Shown piece by piece: positions 28,190 through 36,161 of a DNA stretch of 64,000 bases. Numbering within the stretch: the stretch's first letter is position 1; the number at the start of each line of letters is the position of its first letter. Made by a program: the position numbers and the translations under genes. Below the pieces are notes generated by a model. The model was not told the origin of the DNA, did not search any database, and saw nothing but the letters and a program-made list of their open reading frames with translations. This DNA is from Candidatus Pacearchaeota archaeon. Lineage in GTDB: Archaea > Nanobdellota > Nanobdellia > Pacearchaeales > GW2011-AR1. Location of the stretch: assembly GCA_018303885.1 (NCBI GenBank), contig JAGVXG010000009.1, positions 27,611 to 91,610 on the forward strand, given 5' to 3'.

Positions 28190-31063
28190 TTAGGTCAATC
28201 CTCTTTCAGAAATAGTTGAATCGCCACTATTTTCTCCTGTATCACTTCCCGTGTCTCCCAACTCAATAGGAACTTCTTTGCAGAAAGGCAAAAACTTAAA
28301 CCATTTACAAAAAACAGATGTCGTCTTTTTTACACAAGCGCCGTCAGAGCAGCCGTTTGGGCATACCACTCTTTCTGCAGCTTCAAAAGTATCTTTATAA
28401 CAATACAGTTCAACTAAATCTGATCCTTTTGTAACAACAAGGCCTGAGGAGTCAGCACAATAGTCGGTAGTAGAAAATTCATTTCCATAGATATCAAAAC
28501 CATTTAATTTTCCTTTAATATCATAATTCTGACCGCCATCAGAGTCAGTACATGTTGGTGTTTTAGGTGTTTTTATAATGCCACAAATAACTTTTATTGT
28601 TGCAGATGTATCTGATGCAGAAACAAGTTCAATAGTATAAAGTTGTTGGCTATAGGAGTTATATAATAATGACGGATTATCACTGGTTAAAGTAAATAAT
28701 CCTCCTTCAAGTTTGATATTTGCTAATAATTTTAAATTATTTTCATCGGCTTCGGCTAAAGAAATTTCCAAGCCCATAATGTTTTTTGTTTCCAATTCTT
28801 GAAGTTCTACATAATTAAGGTCTCCTTCTTTACAAGCTGGTTTTGGTGTTGAATCTGTTGCACATGCACCATCAGAGCAGCCGTTTGGGCATTCATACTC
28901 TTCTTTAGCAAGATTATTAGTTGTATCACAAGAAAATTCAAATAATGTATTAACTTTGTCTGAAGTTCCGGACCAGTCTTTATGACAAATATCCATTCCA
29001 ACATTAGTGCCAGATGAACTAATAACTGTCGTAATTCCCCCTATATTGTAATTTATTCCACCATCAGAATCCGTGCATTTTGGAGTTTCAATCTGACATA
29101 TACTCGAACAACCATCACCGTTTACAGTATTACCGTCGTCGCATGTTTCTCCACTATCAATAATTCCGTTTCCGCAAACAGGTCCGCCACCCCCAGGGCA
29201 ATCTTGAAAACAACTAGCTGGAGTTTCGCCAGCTTCACAGATACTATTTCCACAAATAGGTCCGATAGCCTGACTTACCCTTAACAATCCACTTTTAGCT
29301 GTTACGTCCTTGTTTTTTGTTGATTGTGCAATGAAATAATATTCTGGATCGCCGGCAAGTCCATCATTTTGCCATTCTGCTACCCAGCTTCCTGTTGCAG
29401 TATTTCCTGAAAATACAACATTGGCTGGATTTACATTTACAGCGTCGTCAGAGCTCGTAGTATCGTCCTCCCAAACCCCAAAAGAAACACTTTGTCCATT
29501 ACAATTATTTCCCTGGACACTTAAGTTTACTGTTTGCCCTTCTGTTGTCTGCGTCGTACTCCACGATGCAGATGTGAAAACACAAGTTGGTTTAGTTATA
29601 TCCTTTATGCAAGCGCCATCAGAACAACCATTTGAACAATAAAAAGCCTCCTGATTCTGAGTATATTCTGTTTGGCTGTTGCAGACTCCCTCAATTAAGA
29701 AATATTTATCAGTACAGTAATCATCAAACTCTTCAACAGTACCATAAGGATTATTCGTGTATGTTAAAGTTCCTTTCACATCGTAATTCAATCCGTCATC
29801 ACTGTCAGTACATGTTGGTTCTGGTTTATCTGGTGTTAGTGGCCTTTGTGTAGTACCCCCAATTGTTTGGCAAGGTGTGTTTGGTTTTGCAAGAAGTGCG
29901 TCAAAATACTCCCAATGTTCTGTAAGAATCCAATAATCATTGTAGTCTATAAGACCTGCCATTATGAATCTACCTCCTTGATCCCAACATACTTTTACAT
30001 CAAGATTTGGATTAGATTTTTTTATCCATTCTGCATCTTGTTGCGCCCACGCATCATTTGTATGGCTTTTTAGTCTAGGTTGTGTAAATGAAAGTGTATT
30101 TGTTATTGGAGCAGTATTTACATCGGGAAAATAATCAAATGGCTCGCTAACTTGTGATGCCATTGCAAAAACCCCAAAATCAGGAATTGTTACTAAAACA
30201 TAAGTTCCTCCAGTTAATGTTTCAGGTGATCTTGTGCCCCAAACATATATTGCGTGATTATCTATTCTATACTGTGAAGTTGCAGTGCTTTTAACTTGAA
30301 CTTCTGTTGTACATTTGCCATCTAAACACCTATTATCTTTGAAAGTGATATAATTAGGAGTTACTGAGAGTTCTCTCCCAGCAGTAGGAAGAAGATCTGC
30401 TGAACTTGTTGTCAAGGAAGCTTTGTTATTCAGAGCCTCAAGTACTTCTGGCGGCCAATTTATTTTTGGAATGTTGGAAGTCCCAGCAACTAAGGATGCC
30501 GGCGCCACTGAAGAAATTTGGCCAGAGGGGGAGATGTATCTAACTATTGCTACTTTGTTTGAAGAGCTCGTTGCATCAGTAGTTTTTGGTTGGATATTTG
30601 TAGCTGGTGTATTATTTACTGGTTTTGGACAATCAACTAAACAAGACGTAGAGCTTTCACCGCTGTTGCAAATTCCATCGCCACAATATGGTCCTTGAAC
30701 ACTAACTGTTTGACATTGTGAAGAACAATAATTACAACTGCTTCCATAATTAGCACCACAAACAATACCATTTCGGCTTCCAGAATCACATTGTTCTCCT
30801 GATTCAACAATTCCATTACCGCAAACTGCCGCAGTTGGTTTAGCAACACATCTTGAAGTATCAAACCTACAGCTAGTGCAACTTAAAGTTCCGCTTGCAA
30901 ATCCAAAATCAACACAAGAAGTTATATCTCCTAATGGATCTTCTCCATCGCATAATTCTCCGGCTTCAAGAATTCCGTTGCCGCAAATTCCCGCAGTTAC
31001 TTTTCCCGTAAATCCTTGCGGTCCGAATAAATCCGAAAACCAGCTAGCGGAAATAAACGTCAA
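28190..31063 (-). CDS. large secreted modular cysteine-rich protein (957 aa), candidate adhesin
   Basis: Five CGNG(I/L)xExGExCD-type repeats. Three modules of about 70 aa each, CTDSDGG.NY...YC...C.NGCSDGAC. No TM anchor. The only in-frame start as assembled is TTG at 31063, so the start is uncertain. Confidence 0.7.
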   Translation of the reverse strand: MTFISASWFSDLFGPQGFTGKVTAGICGNGILEAGELCDGEDPLGDITSCVDFGFASGTLSCTSCRFDTSRCVAKPTAAVCGNGIVESGEQCDSGSRNGIVCGANYGSSCNYCSSQCQTVSVQGPYCGDGICNSGESSTSCLVDCPKPVNNTPATNIQPKTTDATSSSNKVAIVRYISPSGQISSVAPASLVAGTSNIPKINWPPEVLEALNNKASLTTSSADLLPTAGRELSVTPNYITFKDNRCLDGKCTTEVQVKSTATSQYRIDNHAIYVWGTRSPETLTGGTYVLVTIPDFGVFAMASQVSEPFDYFPDVNTAPITNTLSFTQPRLKSHTNDAWAQQDAEWIKKSNPNLDVKVCWDQGGRFIMAGLIDYNDYWILTEHWEYFDALLAKPNTPCQTIGGTTQRPLTPDKPEPTCTDSDDGLNYDVKGTLTYTNNPYGTVEEFDDYCTDKYFLIEGVCNSQTEYTQNQEAFYCSNGCSDGACIKDITKPTCVFTSASWSTTQTTEGQTVNLSVQGNNCNGQSVSFGVWEDDTTSSDDAVNVNPANVVFSGNTATGSWVAEWQNDGLAGDPEYYFIAQSTKNKDVTAKSGLLRVSQAIGPICGNSICEAGETPASCFQDCPGGGGPVCGNGIIDSGETCDDGNTVNGDGCSSICQIETPKCTDSDGGINYNIGGITTVISSSGTNVGMDICHKDWSGTSDKVNTLFEFSCDTTNNLAKEEYECPNGCSDGACATDSTPKPACKEGDLNYVELQELETKNIMGLEISLAEADENNLKLLANIKLEGGLFTLTSDNPSLLYNSYSQQLYTIELVSASDTSATIKVICGIIKTPKTPTCTDSDGGQNYDIKGKLNGFDIYGNEFSTTDYCADSSGLVVTKGSDLVELYCYKDTFEAAERVVCPNGCSDGACVKKTTSVFCKWFKFLPFCKEVPIELGDTGSDTGENSGDSTISERGLT

Positions 31064-31086
31064 AGATAATAAAATAATATTCCTTA

Positions 31087-31107
31087 AATAATAATAATAA
31101 TAATAAT
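31087..31107. repeat. (AAT)7 trinucleotide microsatellite between the TATA-like box and the start of the Cys-rich protein gene
   Basis: aataataataataataataat read directly. An identical (AAT)7 lies at 48728-48748, upstream of another Cys-rich secreted protein gene. Confidence 0.9.
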
Positions 31108-31289
31108 AGCATTTATATATTTTTATGTAAGATTAAAGGCTTTTAAATTTTAATTCAATCACAACAAATTTAACTTAAATCTGGGAATCAATTAACATGT
31201 TTTGCTGAGAGCTCCATTCTTTGTCAGAATGTGATTTAATATAATTCACCCAAAATTTAACAAAGTTGATTCTCTCTTCTTTGTTATCT

Positions 31290-31922
31290 TTACCGGGCTT
31301 TAAAAAAACTCTTTTTTTCTTCATTTTTCTTTATTTTGATAAGCTCTTTTAATTTATTAATTTTACCATGATCAATTTTATCTTTAAACAATTCTTCTAT
31401 ATGTAAAGCGTCCTCTATGTCTTTATCAGAAGCGAGATAATATCTTTTGAATGCAATATGTCTCTCCAAAGATGAAATCTTTAACTTTCCCTTCGGAAGA
31501 ATTATTGTAATAAAATCACCAAATGTTTCTTTATCTAGAGGGTCTTTTGGAAATTTAACTTCAAAGTTTGGAACTGGTTTTTCTTTGCGGGAAAATCTTG
31601 CCGCCATTTTATTTTTAAGAAAATCAAAAATCTCCGCTCCCTTTTCAGCATTTAAGCACCAGAAACCCCTTTTTTTAATATCATCATAAAGTTTCAAAAA
31701 TTTCTCTTCAGAAATTTCCTTTATAAAAATATCAACATCTTCTGTTATTCTTGTTCTTCCTAGTACTATAGAAACATATCCTGAAATTATAACATAGTCT
31801 ACATGTTTCTCTAAGATTCTTATAAAATCCAAAACAAAACTATCTAACTTATTTAGTTCTCTATTAAGAATTATCTCTTTCTTTTTAAGGTCATATTTCA
31901 TTTTATAATAAAAAGCTATCAA
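31290..31922 (-). CDS. hypothetical protein, possible nucleotidyltransferase fold (210 aa)
   Basis: IISGYVSIVLGRTRITEDVDIF resembles the minimal NTase G[SY]-x(n)-DxD signature. Weak call. Confidence 0.35.
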   Translation of the reverse strand: MIAFYYKMKYDLKKKEIILNRELNKLDSFVLDFIRILEKHVDYVIISGYVSIVLGRTRITEDVDIFIKEISEEKFLKLYDDIKKRGFWCLNAEKGAEIFDFLKNKMAARFSRKEKPVPNFEVKFPKDPLDKETFGDFITIILPKGKLKISSLERHIAFKRYYLASDKDIEDALHIEELFKDKIDHGKINKLKELIKIKKNEEKKSFFKAR

Positions 31923-31977
31923 TTTTTAACTCTTTCTAATCCAAAACCCTTAAATAACTCTTTTCCTTTTATTCTTC

Positions 31978-32334
31978 ATGGCTGACGAGCAATTTTATGG
32001 CGACGCACAGGCTGGATTCTTCTCTGATTTTTCAACAAAGCTTCGTGACCTAGAAGAAAAACAGAGAATGTTAAAAGACAGGCTTCTGCTTATAGGGCAA
32101 AATCTTGTTGAAACAAAAGAAAAAACAGGCAAAGACATTCTTGAAATGAAAAAGGACCTTGAGATAATCAAAGCAACGATGGAACGTCTCGTTACGTTTC
32201 TGGAAACAGCTTCAGCAGAATTTTCCAAGTTCGCTCGTAAGGAAGACTTAGAAATATTATCAAAACAGGCAAAAATGTTCCAGCCTTTGGAATTCGTCAT
32301 GAAAAAAGATTTAAAAAAATTAAAAGATAATTAA
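31978..32334 (+). CDS. coiled-coil protein (118 aa)
   Basis: Heptad-rich, charged sequence (LRDLEEKQRMLKDRLLLIGQNLVETKEK...). No enzymatic motif. Confidence 0.5.
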   Translation: MADEQFYGDAQAGFFSDFSTKLRDLEEKQRMLKDRLLLIGQNLVETKEKTGKDILEMKKDLEIIKATMERLVTFLETASAEFSKFARKEDLEILSKQAKMFQPLEFVMKKDLKKLKDN

Positions 32335-32546
32335 TATGATAAAAATAGTTAAATAAAAGTAAGATAAGCATATATTGATTAAAATAGAGATGATAGTAAT
32401 TGATAAAAAATAAAAAGGTTAATGCTCAAAATTAGATTAGATAACTATTAAATAAAAAGGGTATCATAAGATAAAATTAATATAACCTAAGTATCACATT
32501 AAAAACTAAAATCAATGTGCATTAGCACGAAATTACAAAACAAAAA

Positions 32547-33449
32547 ATGGGTGTTTTAGAGCAGGTAATGGATTTGAAAAATAAAGGGGTTTCTGACAGT
32601 GAAATCATCGGTATTTTAAAGGAAAAAGGAAGTTCTCCTAAGGCAATAAGCGATGCTCTCAGCCAGGCTAAAATAAAAGATGCTGTTTCTTCTAAAGGAG
32701 AAAATGATGAAGAAATGGAGCCGTCTGTAATGGGGCCTGAACGGGCAGAAGAACTTCCGACAGAAGGTTCAATTTCAGATGAAGACTTAACACCTCTTCC
32801 TAGTGGGCTGCCATCTTCAATGCAGCAACGCAGCTATGTGCCAATGCATCAGGAAGAAGATGAACAAGGAGAAGAATACGTTCCTCAACCTCAAGCAGAG
32901 TATTCTCCACAACAATATGCTTCTCAAGAACAATATCCTGCTTACCAGCAGCAAGAATACGTGCCTCAAGAATACACTCAACAAGAATATATCCCTCAAG
33001 AAGGGTATGAATATCAACAATCAACAGGAGCAACAACAGATGCAGACACAATAATAGAAATTTCAGAGCAGGTTTTTGCAGACAAAATGAAAGGTGTTTT
33101 AAAACAGCTCGAGTCTCTTAACGAATTCAAAACTCTTTCAGGGATAAAAATAGAAAATATCTCTGATAGGCTAAAACGCATCGAGATGTCAATTGACAGA
33201 CTTCAGATAGCAATACTTGAAAAAATAGGCTCTTATGGCCGTGGCCTCGACACATTAAAAAAAGAAATGGACATGGTGCAAAGTTCGTTTGGGAAAATAG
33301 TAAATTCTGTTGCAGAAAAATCAAATAAACCTGAAACAGAAAGACGTCAACCGCAAAGCACGACGCCAGCAACAAACACAATTCAAAGAATAGAAAAGAA
33401 GACAACTGTTGTTCACAAATCAGCGCCAAAAACTTCTAAGAAAAAATAA
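32547..33449 (+). CDS. coiled-coil protein with Q/E/Y/P-rich low-complexity linker (300 aa)
   Basis: Small helical N-domain, then repeats (QQEYVPQEYTQQEYIPQEGYEYQQ), then a C-terminal coiled coil (LKRIEMSIDRLQIAILEKI). Confidence 0.55.
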   Translation: MGVLEQVMDLKNKGVSDSEIIGILKEKGSSPKAISDALSQAKIKDAVSSKGENDEEMEPSVMGPERAEELPTEGSISDEDLTPLPSGLPSSMQQRSYVPMHQEEDEQGEEYVPQPQAEYSPQQYASQEQYPAYQQQEYVPQEYTQQEYIPQEGYEYQQSTGATTDADTIIEISEQVFADKMKGVLKQLESLNEFKTLSGIKIENISDRLKRIEMSIDRLQIAILEKIGSYGRGLDTLKKEMDMVQSSFGKIVNSVAEKSNKPETERRQPQSTTPATNTIQRIEKKTTVVHKSAPKTSKKK

Positions 33450-34061
33450 TTAAGGGCCAGTATGCGGTGCAGCAGCACCACCTCTCCAAACCTGAGGGCC
33501 TGTCCACTGTCTTTGCGGTTTGCCAATTCCAATAACTGCTCCAAGAGCAATAACGACTAAAGCGACAACCAAAATTGCCGGAAGATTGGCATTAACCCAA
33601 TAAGAAAAACTTGTACCGTATCCTAAATAGCCAAAGGACTTTGTTATTACAACAATAAATATGATTACTCCTACAGCCAGTAAAAGCCAGTTAGAAACAG
33701 ATTCGCTTTGAGCCGGCAAGAAAAGTCCAACTAAGATAAACAGTGCCAATATAACAGAAAGCCCAATACCTAGCCGAGGAAAAATCTCAGCGAAGAAAAT
33801 AGGCACAAAATCAAACTGTAATGCAAGTAAACCAACTGAAATTGCAATGACTGCATTGATTCCTTTAGCTTCACTTCCAAAAACTTTTACTTTTGATAAA
33901 ATCCCATAAGTAATTGCGAATATTAATAAGAAAGGAAGAACATAAGTAAAAAATCCTGCCTGTTCCCAAGAAAGCAGTATATTTCCTATGCTTCCGCCAT
34001 AGTAACCGCCAATCTGAAACATAAGAACATCACCTATTGAAATCATAACATCAATTGTCAA
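33450..34061 (-). CDS. integral membrane protein, paralog A (203 aa)
   Basis: Shares the block PFLLIF.I..GIL.K.K.FG....NA.IA...GL with 34283-34780. Confidence 0.55.
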   Translation of the reverse strand: MTIDVMISIGDVLMFQIGGYYGGSIGNILLSWEQAGFFTYVLPFLLIFAITYGILSKVKVFGSEAKGINAVIAISVGLLALQFDFVPIFFAEIFPRLGIGLSVILALFILVGLFLPAQSESVSNWLLLAVGVIIFIVVITKSFGYLGYGTSFSYWVNANLPAILVVALVVIALGAVIGIGKPQRQWTGPQVWRGGAAAPHTGP

Positions 34062-34282
34062 ATATTCTTTAAATAGTTTTCGAGACTAAAGTATAGAAAA
34101 GTATTTTTGAAAAAACCCGATTTTTGATTAAATATGTTTCGGGGATTTAGTAATATGATGATTTAAGTGCCAACACTCACTTCGTTCGCTTATTATATAG
34201 AATAAAATTGCTAATCTAAGAAACTGCCAAAGCTCTTAATTTAAATGTTAATCACCGAAATAAAATTATAACAATTAAAATC

Positions 34283-34780
34283 TTAAGCAGCTTGTTTTTT
34301 CAGAACAGCCGCCAAAGCAATTACTATGACAGCCACAAAGGCGAAATTTGTCCAGAATTCTGTGCTCCATTTTTGCCTGAATAAAAAATCAAGAAGATTC
34401 CCTTCGACTCCTGTAGCCCACAATGTTGCAATTACCACAGCAATAAGAATAACGATTCCGATAAGATATTTTAAATTTTTTGGAGCATCTCCAAATTTCA
34501 ATCCTCCTTCGCCAGCAACAAATCCCCAAAGCAGAAGCCCAACAAACATGACAACTATTGCAACTGTCAAAAATAAAATAAGGTTTCCGACAACTAATTT
34601 AGGAAAGACAGCTCCGACAAAAATCAAGCCAATTACAAAGGCAATAAGCGCATTAAGCTGTTTACGATTATCTCCAAAAAGCTTTGATTTTTCCAGGATT
34701 CCGAAAGCTATGAAAAATATCAAAAGAAAGGGGAAAACGAAGCTGGAAAAAATCCAATGCTGTAATATTGTTTCAACCAT
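34283..34780 (-). CDS. integral membrane protein, paralog B (165 aa)
   Basis: FVFPFLLIFFIAFGILEKSKLFGDNRKQLNALIAFVIGLIF aligns with paralog A. 4-5 TM. Confidence 0.55.
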   Translation of the reverse strand: MVETILQHWIFSSFVFPFLLIFFIAFGILEKSKLFGDNRKQLNALIAFVIGLIFVGAVFPKLVVGNLILFLTVAIVVMFVGLLLWGFVAGEGGLKFGDAPKNLKYLIGIVILIAVVIATLWATGVEGNLLDFLFRQKWSTEFWTNFAFVAVIVIALAAVLKKQAA

Positions 34781-35030
34781 TTTTCTTGTATGTTATAAAA
34801 ATCCCGATAGTATTTATCTAATTAGAAGTAAAAAAGTCTATTTAAATATTTTGATGTTTGTTGTTTATTGCAAAAAGATGTAGTTAAGTTAGAGTTTAGA
34901 GTTACGCAAAGATAAGTTAATATAGTAAAACCGCTATTTTTACTTCAATATAAATCTCGTTTGTACCCAATTAGAATTTATTTGAATTAGTCTTCAAAAT
35001 CAAAAACCGGTAACTCTTGTATCTTCAATC

Positions 35031-35318
35031 TTACATCTCTGTTACTTCTTCCATTCCGACAGATTCAGGGCTAGGAAGAGCTGACTTGTTTATGATAAAG
35101 ACGTCGCTTATCGCTCTAACAAACTGGTGAGGAATTATAACACCTCTGGCTCCGCCAATAAGAGACATAACACTTCCGCCAACTCTTATGCGCCAGCCGT
35201 CAATCTTATTCTCCTGCAGGTTGGCTTCCTCAATTTCTCCAAAATATTCTCCTGAATCAGTATAAACCTTAGCGCCAAGAACCTCTGTTATTTTTCTTAC
35301 TCTCATAATAAAATTCAA
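35031..35318 (-). CDS. PRC-barrel domain protein (95 aa)
   Basis: LGAKVYTDSGEYFGEIEEANLQENKIDGW...IIPHQFVRAISDVFIINKS is a typical small archaeal PRC-barrel pattern. Confidence 0.65.
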   Translation of the reverse strand: MNFIMRVRKITEVLGAKVYTDSGEYFGEIEEANLQENKIDGWRIRVGGSVMSLIGGARGVIIPHQFVRAISDVFIINKSALPSPESVGMEEVTEM

Positions 35319-35483
35319 TCAGACTTATTTAAATACTTTTCCGTAATTCAATGTTATAATTACCGAGGAAATTATAAGCACAAAAACCAGTAAAAAATCT
35401 AAAAAAGAACCCGGAAAAATAAGGAAATAATGATATAAACCAATCATGACAAACTTTATAAAAAAATTATACGTGACTAAAAC

Positions 35484-36110
35484 ATGCTAAACGCTAAAGA
35501 AGTCCTTGTAATTTTAATCGCAACAGTCATTCTTGCCCTAACACTCAGTTTTGCAAAAGGCGTAAGCGTTTTACTTATTATTCTTGCATCTGTTTTCTTG
35601 ATCATTTTAATAAATACAGCAGCTAAAAAAATCGCGAGTTTTTATCTCGATTCAGAGATAGAAGTCGATATATGGAAAATACAAAGATACGGATTTAAAC
35701 CCGATAAATATCTAAAAAAACCTTTCCCTGCCGGAATTTTCTTTCCAATAATACTCGCTATTTTGACTTTTGGAAGAGTAGTTTGGATGGCTTCTCTCGT
35801 TTTTGAAGTGAAACCCACAACTTACCGTGCGGCCAAGCGTCACGGACTTTATTCTTATTCAGAAATGACCGAAGCCCATATAGGGTATATTGCCGCTGTT
35901 GGGATTCTTGCAAACCTCTTTTTCGCATTCATTGGTTATCTTCTCGGCTTTTCTGAATTTTCAAGGCTGAGCATTTTCTATGTTTTTTTCAACATGCTTC
36001 CTTTTTCTGACTTAGACGGCAATAAAGTTTTCTTCGGAAACATAATTCTATGGAGCTTCCTCGCAGCACTTACATTAATCGGTTTGGCTTACGCTTTTTT
36101 CTTGATATAA
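35484..36110 (+). CDS. M50 (site-2 protease)-like membrane protein lacking the HExxH motif
   Basis: The C-terminal FNMLPFSDLDGNKVF matches the M50 NxxPxxxLDG motif. The position expected for HExxH reads INTAAKKIA. Confidence 0.5.
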   Translation: MLNAKEVLVILIATVILALTLSFAKGVSVLLIILASVFLIILINTAAKKIASFYLDSEIEVDIWKIQRYGFKPDKYLKKPFPAGIFFPIILAILTFGRVVWMASLVFEVKPTTYRAAKRHGLYSYSEMTEAHIGYIAAVGILANLFFAFIGYLLGFSEFSRLSIFYVFFNMLPFSDLDGNKVFFGNIILWSFLAALTLIGLAYAFFLI

Positions 36111-36161
36111 AAGAATTTAAACCGAAACTCCCAAATTCTTTAGCGCGTTTAAAGAGGTAAA

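Noticed and set aside
32800-33054. Three overlapping 67-83-aa ORFs on both strands within the Q/E/Y-rich region of ORF 32547-33449
   Set aside because: They arise from low-complexity repetitive codons (CAA/GAA/TAT) that stay open in several frames. The 300-aa frame has a proper start, flanking structured domains and a stop.
34326-34883. 185-aa plus-strand ORF overlapping the membrane protein gene 34283-34780
   Set aside because: It is the antisense shadow of a hydrophobic protein gene. Its composition is odd (Pro/Thr/Lys-rich) and it has no motif. The minus-strand ORF has a clear paralog at 33450-34061.
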